A stretch of 32,000 nucleotides of DNA, taken from assembly GCF_000195955.2 (NCBI RefSeq), contig NC_000962.3, positions 1,590,001 through 1,622,000 on the forward strand, written 5' to 3'. This DNA is from Mycobacterium tuberculosis H37Rv. Its GTDB lineage: Bacteria > Actinomycetota > Actinomycetes > Mycobacteriales > Mycobacteriaceae. This document shows, piece after piece, positions 14,760-24,328 of this stretch. The notes under the pieces are model-generated. The model had not been told where the DNA came from. It saw nothing but the letters and a program-made list of their open reading frames with translations, and made no database searches. Made by a program: the position numbers and the translations under genes. Every line of letters begins with the position of its first letter. Within the stretch, counting starts at the first letter, position 1.

Positions 14760-14877
14760 CTGTTCTCCCTCGAGGCCTCCGAGGCCTCATTGCCGCGTCG
14801 GGTCTTTAGATGGTAGCGATGCACGGTGGATAGGCACACGCGGCAGGTCTGCTAGCAAGGACGAGAGGTGGTCCAGA

Positions 14878-16146
14878 GTGGCTGAAGCTGGTGGCGGGCC
14901 CATTTCGGTGATCGCCCGGCATATGCAGTTGATTCGCGATGACTTCATCTCCGAGTTGTTTGACAAGATGAAGGCGGAGATTCGGGGGCTGGATTACGAC
15001 GCGCGGATGGCGGACCTGTGGCGGGCGAGCATCACCGAGAATTTCGTGACGGCCGTTCACTATTTGGATCGCGATACGCCGCAGTCCTTGGTGGAGGCTC
15101 CAGCGGCCGCGCTGGCATACGCCCGCGCCGCGGCGCAGCGTGATATTCCGTTGTCCGGGTTGGTTCGGGCGCACCGGCTCGGGCATGCGCGTTTCTTGGA
15201 GGTGGCGATGCAGTACGTGTCGCTGCTGGAGCCCGCTGACCGGGTGTCGACGATCATCGAGCTGGTGAATCGCTCCGCTCGCCTCGTTGACCTGGTGGCC
15301 GACCAGTTGATTGTCGCCTATGAGCACGAACACGATCGCTGGCTGAGTCGCCGCAGCGGTCTGCAACAGCAATGGGTCAGCGAGCTGCTCGCCGATACCC
15401 CGGTCGACGTTCCGCGGGCCGAGCGCGCGTTGGGCTATCGGTTGGACGGTGTGCATATCGCCGCGGTGGTATGGGTCGATTCGGCGGTGCCCATCGGTGA
15501 TGTGGTGGCGCAATTCGACCAGGTGCGCTGCTTGCTGGCCGGGGAGCTGGGCCCCGAACTGGGCCCCGTGGCGAACTCGCTGATGGTGCCGACCGATGAG
15601 CGCGAGGCACGGCTGTGGTTTTCGCCCGCGCCCACGCGGGCCTTCGCCCCGTCGCGGATTCGCGCGGCGTTCGAGTCGGCGGGAATCCGGGCGCGTTTGG
15701 CGTGCGGTCGGGTAGGGGACGGGCTGCGTGGGTTCCGGGCGTCGTTGAAACAGGCCGAACGAGTGAAGGCGTTGGCCCTGGCCGGTGGCGCCCGGCCCGG
15801 CGGCCGGGTCATGTTTTATGACGATGTCGCGCCAGTCGCGTTGCTGGCCGACGATCTAGAGGAACTGCGGCGGTTCGTCACCGATGTGCTGGGTGACCTG
15901 AGTGTTGACGACGAGCGCAATAGCTGGCTACGCGAGACGTTACGGGAGTTCTTGCTGCGTAACCGCAGCTACGTCGCCACGGCCGACGCGATGATCCTGC
16001 ACCGCAACACCATTCAATACCGGGTGATCCAGGCGATGGAACTATGCGGACAGAATCTCGACGATCCCGATGCCGCGTTTCGGGTGCAGATGGCGCTGGA
16101 GGTCTGCCGCTGGATGGCACCGGCGGTGCTCCGCGCCAAACAATAG
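14878..16146 (+). CDS. PucR/CdaR-like transcriptional regulator (Rv1429 equivalent)
   Basis: 422 aa from GTG 14878 (VAEAGGGPISVIARHMQLIRDDF). C-terminal PucR-type HTH: LRETLREFLLRNRSYVATADAMILHRNTIQYRVIQAMEL. The listed 481-aa version starts upstream at 14701 and has a low-complexity extension. Confidence 0.85.
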   Translation: MAEAGGGPISVIARHMQLIRDDFISELFDKMKAEIRGLDYDARMADLWRASITENFVTAVHYLDRDTPQSLVEAPAAALAYARAAAQRDIPLSGLVRAHRLGHARFLEVAMQYVSLLEPADRVSTIIELVNRSARLVDLVADQLIVAYEHEHDRWLSRRSGLQQQWVSELLADTPVDVPRAERALGYRLDGVHIAAVVWVDSAVPIGDVVAQFDQVRCLLAGELGPELGPVANSLMVPTDEREARLWFSPAPTRAFAPSRIRAAFESAGIRARLACGRVGDGLRGFRASLKQAERVKALALAGGARPGGRVMFYDDVAPVALLADDLEELRRFVTDVLGDLSVDDERNSWLRETLREFLLRNRSYVATADAMILHRNTIQYRVIQAMELCGQNLDDPDAAFRVQMALEVCRWMAPAVLRAKQ

Positions 16147-16279
16147 TGTCTCGGTAACCGCCGGTCCGTTCATGCCGTGCGCACAATCGTGGTCGTGAGC
16201 TTCGGTGTCGGCGCATATGGTCTCCGACGGATTCGGCGCCTAACGTTTGCCCACGTCAAACAACCCGACCAGAAAGCCA

Positions 16280-16311
16280 GCCGGGTCCGCCAGAGGGGGG
16301 CGGACCCGGCG
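16280..16311. promoter_or_regulatory. Perfect 12-bp GC-rich inverted repeat with an 8-nt loop in the Rv1429-PE16 intergenic region; candidate terminator or 5'-UTR hairpin
   Basis: GCCGGGTCCGCC - agaggggg - GGCGGACCCGGC; arms 16280-16291 and 16300-16311. Confidence 0.6.
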
Positions 16312-16385
16312 TATACCCAATTCGCGTCGCTCGGTTCTAGTTGGGCGCTATCATCCGTTGCCACGGGGTTGGTCGGAAGGTCGGT

Positions 16386-17972
16386 ATGTCGTTCGTTTTC
16401 GCGGTGCCAGAGATGGTGGCGGCAACCGCTTCCGATTTGGCCAGCCTCGGAGCGGCGCTGAGCGAGGCCACCGCGGCGGCGGCTATCCCCACCACACAAG
16501 TACTGGCCGCGGCCGCCGATGAGGTGTCGGCGGCCATCGCGGAGTTGTTCGGTGCGCACGGCCAAGAATTTCAAGCGCTCAGCGCCCAGGCATCGGCGTT
16601 TCATGACCGGTTCGTGCGGGCCCTAAGCGCCGCAGCGGGCTGGTATGTCGACGCCGAGGCCGCCAACGCCGCGCTGGTGGACACCGCGGCCACCGGCGCG
16701 TCGGAGTTGGGGTCAGGTGGGCGCACGGCGCTGATTCTGGGCTCCACCGGAACCCCGCGACCGCCCTTCGACTACATGCAGCAGGTCTACGACCGCTACA
16801 TCGCACCCCACTACTTGGGCTATGCGTTTTCCGGCCTGTACACGCCCGCGCAGTTTCAGCCGTGGACCGGCATCCCCAGCCTGACCTACGACCAATCGGT
16901 CGCCGAAGGCGCCGGCTATCTTCACACCGCGATCATGCAGCAAGTCGCGGCCGGCAATGACGTTGTGGTGTTGGGTTTCTCGCAGGGCGCGTCGGTCGCC
17001 ACCCTGGAAATGCGCCATCTGGCAAGCCTGCCGGCCGGCGTCGCGCCGAGTCCGGATCAGCTCTCGTTCGTATTGCTGGGCAACCCCAACAACCCAAACG
17101 GGGGCATCCTCGCCCGGTTTCCGGGTCTGTACCTGCAGTCGCTCGGCCTGACGTTCAACGGTGCGACCCCGGACACCGACTACGCGACCACCATTTACAC
17201 GACCCAATACGACGGCTTTGCCGACTTCCCGAAGTACCCGCTCAACATCCTGGCGGACGTCAACGCGCTGCTGGGTATTTACTATTCGCACAGCTTGTAT
17301 TACGGGCTCACGCCCGAGCAGGTCGCTTCGGGTATCGTCCTGCCGGTGTCTTCGCCGGACACCAACACCACCTATATTCTGCTTCCCAACGAGGATCTGC
17401 CGCTGCTGCAGCCGCTGCGCGGTATTGTGCCCGAGCCGCTGCTGGATCTCATCGAGCCAGACCTGCGCGCGATCATCGAATTGGGTTATGACCGAACCGG
17501 ATACGCCGATGTTCCGACCCCGGCCGCACTGTTCCCGGTGCACATCGACCCGATCGCAGTCCCGCCCCAGATAGGCGCTGCGATCGGTGGTCCGCTCACC
17601 GCCCTGGATGGCTTGCTCGACACCGTGATCAACGATCAACTCAATCCCGTCGTAACGTCGGGCATCTATCAGGCCGGTGCTGAGCTGTCGGTGGCCGCGG
17701 CCGGCTACGGTGCTCCCGCAGGCGTCACCAATGCCATTTTTATTGGGCAGCAAGTGTTGCCGATTTTGGTGGAAGGCCCCGGTGCCTTGGTGACGGCCGA
17801 CACCCATTACCTGGTCGATGCGATTCAGGATTTGGCCGCCGGTGACCTCAGCGGGTTCAACCAAAACCTGCAACTCATCCCGGCTACCAACATAGCCCTG
17901 CTGGTCTTCGCGGCCGGAATTCCCGCTGTGGCGGCCGTCGCCATCCTTACCGGTCAGGATTTTCCGGTATAG
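16386..17972 (+). CDS. PE16: PE family protein PE16 with C-terminal PE-PPE serine hydrolase domain
   Basis: 528 aa; N-terminal PE domain [56 protein letters not shown]; YxxxE motif (YVDAE); hydrolase nucleophile motif GFSQG. Confidence 0.95.
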   Translation: MSFVFAVPEMVAATASDLASLGAALSEATAAAAIPTTQVLAAAADEVSAAIAELFGAHGQEFQALSAQASAFHDRFVRALSAAAGWYVDAEAANAALVDTAATGASELGSGGRTALILGSTGTPRPPFDYMQQVYDRYIAPHYLGYAFSGLYTPAQFQPWTGIPSLTYDQSVAEGAGYLHTAIMQQVAAGNDVVVLGFSQGASVATLEMRHLASLPAGVAPSPDQLSFVLLGNPNNPNGGILARFPGLYLQSLGLTFNGATPDTDYATTIYTTQYDGFADFPKYPLNILADVNALLGIYYSHSLYYGLTPEQVASGIVLPVSSPDTNTTYILLPNEDLPLLQPLRGIVPEPLLDLIEPDLRAIIELGYDRTGYADVPTPAALFPVHIDPIAVPPQIGAAIGGPLTALDGLLDTVINDQLNPVVTSGIYQAGAELSVAAAGYGAPAGVTNAIFIGQQVLPILVEGPGALVTADTHYLVDAIQDLAAGDLSGFNQNLQLIPATNIALLVFAAGIPAVAAVAILTGQDFPV

Positions 17973-18082
17973 GCCCCCGGCCCCCGCTGTACCGAGCTCG
18001 GCCAGTGAAGAACAACCCCAGGCGTTGCCAGTCCGAATAGATTGTATTCGTCAGCCGGCGCAGGACAGGAAGCGAGGCCGCC

Positions 18083-19852
18083 ATGGGATTTCTGAAGCCC
18101 GATCTTCCCGACGTCGATCACGACACCTGGTTGACCCAGCCACGCCGGACACGATTGCAGGTCGTGACACGGGACTGGGTAGAACACGGTTTCGGAACGC
18201 CGTATGCGGTGTACCTGCTCTATCTGACCAAGATTGCGGTGTACGTCGCCGCCGGCGCCGCGATCATCTCGCTGAACCCCGGACTGGGCGGGCTGAGCCG
18301 CATAGGCGACTGGTGGACACAGCCGATCGTGTACCAGAAGGTCATCGTCTTCACGTTGCTGTTCGAGGTTTTGGGTTTTGGCTGCGGATCCGGCCCGCTG
18401 ACCGGGCGGTTTTGGCCACCCATCGGGGGCTTCCTTTATTGGTTGCGGCCCAACACAATTCGGCTGCCTGCTTGGCCGGATAAGGTCCCGTTCACCCAAG
18501 GCGACACCCGCACCGTCGTCGACGTCGCCTTGTATGCCATCGTGTTGATCGGCGGGGTGTGGGCGCTGTTGTCACCCGGCTCGCCAGGTCCGGGGGGAAC
18601 GCCGGTCACCGCCGCCGGCGACGTCGGCCTGATCAACCCGGTGCTGGTAGTGCCGACGATCGTCGCCCTGGGCGTCTTGGGGCTGCGTGACAAGACGATC
18701 TTTCTTGCCGCCCGCGGCGAACACTACTGGCTGAAGCTATTCGTGTTCTTTTTTCCCTTCACCGACCAGATCGCGGCGTTCAAGATCATCATGCTGTGCT
18801 TGTGGTGGGGGGCGGCGACTTCCAAACTCAACCACCATTTCCCCTACGTCGTCGCGGTGATGACCAGCAACAACGCCCTGTTGCGCAGCAGAGTGTTCAA
18901 CCCGATCAAGCACCTGCTTTACCGCGACCACGCCAACGATCTGCGGCCCTCCTGGCTACCGAAACTCATGGCCCACGGGGGTGGCACCACGGCGGAATTC
19001 CTGGTGCCCGGGATTCTGGTGCTCGTCGCCGACGGTCACCCATGGCGGTGGTTCCTCATCGGGTTCATGGTGCTCTTTCACCTCAACATCCTGTCCAACC
19101 TCCCGATGGGGGTCCCGTTGGAGTGGAACGTGTTCTTCATCTTCTCGCTGTGCTATCTATTCGGCCACTACGGCGCGATCACTGCCACCGACCTTCGGTC
19201 GCCGTTGCTGCTGGCGATCGTGATCGCGGTGGTTGCCGTGGTGATCATGGGAAACCTGTTGCCCGAAAAGATTTCGTTTCTGCCCGCCATGCGCTACTAC
19301 GCCGGCAACTGGGCCACCAGCATCTGGTGCTTCCGAGGTGATGCGGAAGCCACCATGGAAACCAGCGTCGTGAAAAGCTCTGCGCTGGTGGTCAATCAGC
19401 TGGCCAAGCTCTACGACGGGGCCACGGCCGAAATCATGACCGACAAGGTCGCCGCATTCCGGGCCATGCACACCCACGGCAGGGCGCTCAACGGCCTGCT
19501 GCCCCGCGCTCTCGATGACGAAGCTCACTACCGCATCCGCGAGGGCGAAATCGTGGCCGGGCCACTGGTCGGGTGGAATTTCGGCGAGGGCCATCTGCAC
19601 AACGAGCAGCTGGTGGCCGCCGTGCAGCGGCGGTGCAACTTCGCCGACGGCGATCTGCGGGTGATCATTCTCGAAGGTCAGCCCATCCACGTTCAGAAGC
19701 AGTGGTATCGCATTGTCGACGCCAAGACCGGTTTGTTCGAGGCCGGTTACGTCACGGTCGAGGACATGTTGAGCCGCCAGCCATGGCCCGAGCCCGGTGA
19801 CGAGTTCCCGGTTCACGTCACGACGCAACGCGGCACGCCATCAAAGCCATGA
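18083..19852 (+). CDS. Conserved multi-pass membrane protein of unknown function (Rv1431 equivalent, probably DUF3556 family)
   Basis: 589 aa; MGFLKPDLPDVDHDTWLTQPRRTRLQVVTRDWVEHGFGTPYAVYLLYLTKIAVYVAAGAAI; several hydrophobic helices. Confidence 0.85.
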   Translation: MGFLKPDLPDVDHDTWLTQPRRTRLQVVTRDWVEHGFGTPYAVYLLYLTKIAVYVAAGAAIISLNPGLGGLSRIGDWWTQPIVYQKVIVFTLLFEVLGFGCGSGPLTGRFWPPIGGFLYWLRPNTIRLPAWPDKVPFTQGDTRTVVDVALYAIVLIGGVWALLSPGSPGPGGTPVTAAGDVGLINPVLVVPTIVALGVLGLRDKTIFLAARGEHYWLKLFVFFFPFTDQIAAFKIIMLCLWWGAATSKLNHHFPYVVAVMTSNNALLRSRVFNPIKHLLYRDHANDLRPSWLPKLMAHGGGTTAEFLVPGILVLVADGHPWRWFLIGFMVLFHLNILSNLPMGVPLEWNVFFIFSLCYLFGHYGAITATDLRSPLLLAIVIAVVAVVIMGNLLPEKISFLPAMRYYAGNWATSIWCFRGDAEATMETSVVKSSALVVNQLAKLYDGATAEIMTDKVAAFRAMHTHGRALNGLLPRALDDEAHYRIREGEIVAGPLVGWNFGEGHLHNEQLVAAVQRRCNFADGDLRVIILEGQPIHVQKQWYRIVDAKTGLFEAGYVTVEDMLSRQPWPEPGDEFPVHVTTQRGTPSKP

Positions 19853-21270
19853 CGACCGCGGTCGTCGTCGGAGCCGGGCCCAACGGCCTGGCCGCGGCGA
19901 TCCACCTGGCCCGTCACGGTGTCGACGTGCAGGTGCTGGAGGCGCGCGACACCATCGGCGGGGGAGCACGCTCCGGTGAGCTGACGGTGCCCGGGGTCAT
20001 CCACGACCACTGTTCGGCGTTTCATCCGCTGGGCGTCGGGTCGCCATTCTGGGCGGCGATCGACCTGCAACGCTACGGGCTGACGTGGAAGTGGCCGGAC
20101 GTCGACTGCGCACACCCACTCGATGACGGCACCGCGGGCGTGCTATATCGGTCGATCGAAGCCACCGCCGCCGGCCTGGGTCCCGACGGCAAGCGGTGGC
20201 AGCGCGCCGTGGGTGACCTCGCCGCCGGATTCGATGAGCTGGCCGAGGATCTGCTGCGCCCGGTGCTCAACATGCCGCGTCACCCGATCCGCCTGGCCCG
20301 CTTTGGTCCGCGCGCGGCGCTGCCGGCCACCGCCATGGCGCGTCGGTTTCACACCGAGCGGGCGCGCGCGTTGTTCGGCGGCGCCGCGGCGCACGTCTAC
20401 ACCAGGTTGGATCGGCCGCTGACCGCGTCGCTGGGGTTGATGATCCTGGCCAGCGGCCATCGCCACGGTTGGCCGGTCGCCCGGGGCGGATCCGGGTCGA
20501 TCACGAAGGCGCTGGCCGCGGCCCTGGACGCGTACGGCGGCACCGTCGCCACCGGGGTGACCGTCACCAGCCGCCGCGACATCCCCGACGCCGACATCGT
20601 GATGCTCGACCTCAGCCCGGCCGCGGTGCTCGGGATCTACGGCGATGTGATGCCCACCCGCATCAACCGGTCCTATCGGCGCTACCGCGCCGGATCGTCG
20701 GCCTTCAAGGTCGACTTCGCCATCGAGGGCGACGTTGGGTGGACCAACCCCGATTGCCGGCGCGCGGGCACCGTCCACCTGGGCGGGACCTTCGCGGAAA
20801 TCGCAGACACCGAACGTCAACGCGCCCAAGGCACGATGGTGCAGCGACCATTCGTGCTCGTCGGGCAGCAGTACCTCGCCGACCCGTCCCGCTCGGTCGG
20901 CAACATCAACCCCATCTGGGCCTACGCGCACGTGCCGTTCGGCTACACCGGCGACGCCACCGCCGCCGTCATCGACCAGATCGAGCGGTTCGCCCCCGGA
21001 TTCCGCGACCGCATCGTGGCAACCGTCAGCACCTCCACCACCGAACTGCAAACGTACAACCGCAACTTCATCGGCGGAGACATTATCGGCGGCGCCAACG
21101 ACCGGCTGCAGGTCATCTTCCGCCCGCGCGTGGCCGTCGATCCGTATGCGATCGGTGTGCCGGGTGTCTATCTGTGTTCACAGTCCGCGCCACCCGGTGC
21201 CGGGATCCACGGATTGTGTGGCTACCACGCCGCCGAATCGGCGCTGAGGTGGCTGCGCAAGCGACGTTGA
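19849..21270 (+). CDS. FAD-dependent oxidoreductase, phytoene desaturase-like (Rv1432 equivalent)
   Basis: 473 aa, ATGA overlap with the upstream gene. Dinucleotide-binding VVVGAGPNGLAAAIHLARHGVDVQVLEARDTIGGGARS; C-terminal GVYLCSQSAPPGAGIHGLCGYHAAESALR. Confidence 0.9.
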   Translation: MTTAVVVGAGPNGLAAAIHLARHGVDVQVLEARDTIGGGARSGELTVPGVIHDHCSAFHPLGVGSPFWAAIDLQRYGLTWKWPDVDCAHPLDDGTAGVLYRSIEATAAGLGPDGKRWQRAVGDLAAGFDELAEDLLRPVLNMPRHPIRLARFGPRAALPATAMARRFHTERARALFGGAAAHVYTRLDRPLTASLGLMILASGHRHGWPVARGGSGSITKALAAALDAYGGTVATGVTVTSRRDIPDADIVMLDLSPAAVLGIYGDVMPTRINRSYRRYRAGSSAFKVDFAIEGDVGWTNPDCRRAGTVHLGGTFAEIADTERQRAQGTMVQRPFVLVGQQYLADPSRSVGNINPIWAYAHVPFGYTGDATAAVIDQIERFAPGFRDRIVATVSTSTTELQTYNRNFIGGDIIGGANDRLQVIFRPRVAVDPYAIGVPGVYLCSQSAPPGAGIHGLCGYHAAESALRWLRKRR

Positions 21271-21433
21271 CGCAGGTCATCGTCGAGATCGACGTTAGCG
21301 CGACGTCCACTCGTGCCGTAGCCAAAACGTGACGGAGGTTTGATCGAATTGCTAAGGCGCGCCTGCACTTCCACTCTTCAATGCACCTCTACCATCACTG
21401 GTGCAACTGTGTCGTTGACAGGGAATTGGAGCC

Positions 21434-22249
21434 ATGCGGGCGGTTTTTGGGTGTGCTATTGCCGTCGTCGGGATCGCTGGGAGCGTGGTTGCGGGGCCGG
21501 CCGACATACACCTGGTGGCGGCGAAGCAGTCTTACGGGTTCGCCGTCGCGTCGGTGCTACCAACGCGCGGCCAGGTGGTGGGCGTGGCGCACCCCGTGGT
21601 GGTGACGTTCAGTGCGCCGATAACTAACCCAGCCAATCGGCACGCGGCCGAGCGCGCCGTTGAAGTCAAATCGACGCCCGCGATGACCGGCAAGTTCGAA
21701 TGGCTCGACAACGACGTTGTGCAGTGGGTTCCCGACCGCTTCTGGCCGGCGCACAGCACGGTGGAGCTTTCGGTGGGCAGCCTGTCGAGCGATTTCAAGA
21801 CGGGTCCCGCCGTCGTCGGGGTTGCCAGCATCTCCCAGCACACGTTCACCGTGAGTATCGACGGAGTCGAGGAGGGACCGCCGCCTCCGCTGCCGGCGCC
21901 GCACCACCGAGTGCACTTCGGCGAAGATGGGGTGATGCCGGCATCGATGGGTAGACCGGAATACCCGACGCCGGTCGGCTCCTACACTGTCTTGTCCAAG
22001 GAACGCTCGGTGATTATGGATTCGAGCAGCGTCGGCATCCCCGTCGACGATCCCGATGGTTACCGGCTTTCGGTGGATTATGCCGTCCGCATCACCAGCC
22101 GCGGCCTCTACGTGCATTCAGCCCCGTGGGCCCTTCCAGCACTGGGACTTGAAAATGTCAGCCACGGCTGCATAAGCCTGAGCCGCGAGGACGCAGAGTG
22201 GTATTACAACGCGGTCGACATTGGCGACCCGGTCATTGTGCAGGAATAG
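21434..22249 (+). CDS. ldtMt3: L,D-transpeptidase (LdtMt3, Rv1433 equivalent)
   Basis: 271 aa; signal peptide; Ig-like domain then YkuD catalytic motif SHGCISLSREDAEWYYNAV. Confidence 0.93.
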   Translation: MRAVFGCAIAVVGIAGSVVAGPADIHLVAAKQSYGFAVASVLPTRGQVVGVAHPVVVTFSAPITNPANRHAAERAVEVKSTPAMTGKFEWLDNDVVQWVPDRFWPAHSTVELSVGSLSSDFKTGPAVVGVASISQHTFTVSIDGVEEGPPPPLPAPHHRVHFGEDGVMPASMGRPEYPTPVGSYTVLSKERSVIMDSSSVGIPVDDPDGYRLSVDYAVRITSRGLYVHSAPWALPALGLENVSHGCISLSREDAEWYYNAVDIGDPVIVQE

Positions 22250-22255
22250 CAGCTG

Positions 22256-22393
22256 ATGCGGGCGTCGCCCGCAGAGCGCGTCGACGGCGCGTACGCGGGT
22301 GCGGGGCCTCACACCCAGTCCGTCCTGGAAGAGGACCAGCGTCAGCGCGCACCTGCGGGCGCAGAGGCCGAAGGACCGGGCAGAACCGGCTGA
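22256..22393 (+). CDS. Doubtful small ORF, 45 aa, matching the length I recall for H37Rv Rv1434
   Basis: ATG 22256 to TGA 22391-22393: MRASPAERVDGAYAGAGPHTQSVLEEDQRQRAPAGAEAEGPGRTG*. Overlaps the 3' end of the minus-strand Rv1435c gene; no recognised domain. Confidence 0.2.
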   Translation: MRASPAERVDGAYAGAGPHTQSVLEEDQRQRAPAGAEAEGPGRTG

Positions 22394-22941
22394 CCAGGCA
22401 CCGGTCCGCCAGCTGGCGCCGGATCGGTCAGCGCATCCTTGACCCCGGACATGCCAATGATGGGAGCACTGACCACACCATCCCCGGGAGCACCAGCCAG
22501 GACCGGCCCAAGCGCAATCAGCGGAGTTCCGACCGGTATCACCGGAGCCGGAACGGCGGGTACCGGTACCGGTGCGCCCGGTATCGGTACCGGTCCGCCG
22601 GGGATTGGTACCGGTGCGCCCGGTATCGGTACCGGTGCGCCAGGGATTGGTACCGGTGCGCCGATGGGCACCGGTGCAGCTGCCGGCACTGGCCCAGGCG
22701 CGACGAACGGAACACCAGCCATGTCAGTAAGTGCGGCACTGCACGCTCCCGCGGCTGCCGGTCCACCGGCAGCCACCGGGTCGCCGGCGGCTACCGGCGC
22801 GTCGCCCGCCATGCCCTGGATGCACGCGTAGCCACCCGTCATCAGCGGGTCAGCCGCCGCGTCCGGGCTTAACGCTATAGCAGCTGCAAACAACCCAGCG
22901 CCGGCAATTACTTTGATGTTGAACCGATTGACGATCGCCAT
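22342..22941 (-). CDS. Exported proline/valine/alanine-rich repeat protein (Rv1435c equivalent)
   Basis: 199 aa from ATG 22941 (MAIVNRFNIKVIAGAGLFAAAIALSPDAAADP); an alternative TTG at 22950 adds 3 aa. Signal peptide, then repeated PVPIPGA units. GAGGAG-like SD upstream on the minus strand. Confidence 0.82.
   Translation of the reverse strand: MAIVNRFNIKVIAGAGLFAAAIALSPDAAADPLMTGGYACIQGMAGDAPVAAGDPVAAGGPAAAGACSAALTDMAGVPFVAPGPVPAAAPVPIGAPVPIPGAPVPIPGAPVPIPGGPVPIPGAPVPVPAVPAPVIPVGTPLIALGPVLAGAPGDGVVSAPIIGMSGVKDALTDPAPAGGPVPGQPVLPGPSASAPAGAR
22565..22669. repeat. Five consecutive 21-bp tandem repeat units inside Rv1435c
   Basis: Units begin GGTACCGGT at 22565, 22586, 22607, 22628 and 22649 (consensus GGTACCGGTGCGCCCGGTATC / ...GCCAGGGATT); each encodes 7 aa on the minus strand. 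Confidence 0.9.
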
Positions 22942-23291
22942 CAGCGTCAACTCTCCTCTATTCGCGCGCAGATATTTCCGCAATCAATTTGGTTCAGCAG
23001 AACCGCATAGCCGTATCGAGTTCCTTTTCGACCATCGGCTCAATTGTCAGCATCCTATGGGGAACATGAGCCCCGCCGCACCGGGCCGTTTCCAAATGGT
23101 GACGTCACAACGGTGTCACAAGCCAGCGCAATGTCCGCGGTAGGGACGCGGCGGCTGGGATCGGTGGGGTGAGCGCCCGGCTTCTCAAAGCGAGGGGAGC
23201 CCCGGGACTCTTACCGGCCGAAGGCGGCGGGTGTCACTGATCTAGGCTGACGGCCAGTGGTTGTTTAGCCAACAAGGATGACAACAAATAA

Positions 23292-24326
<1,035 letters not shown>

Positions 24327-24328
24327 CC

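Noticed and set aside
14701-14877. 59-aa N-terminal extension of Rv1429
   Set aside because: Proline/serine-rich, overlaps the 5' end of the divergent Rv1428c and has no family-like sequence; GTG 14878 is preferred.
16713-17873. 386-aa minus-strand ORF opposite PE16
   Set aside because: Antisense shadow; no recognisable domain, and PE16 is clear on the plus strand.
20143-21051. 302-aa minus-strand ORF opposite Rv1432
   Set aside because: Gly/Arg/Asp-rich shadow ORF without any motif; the plus-strand flavoprotein explains the region.
22565-22669. Possible CRISPR-like array
   Set aside because: Units are contiguous 21-bp tandem copies with no variable spacers, within a coding sequence.
22439-22831. 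130-aa plus-strand repeat ORF (GIGTGAPGIGTGAP...)
   Set aside because: The 21-bp repeat keeps both strands open. The minus strand has a signal peptide and SD-like sequence, so it is the better gene call.
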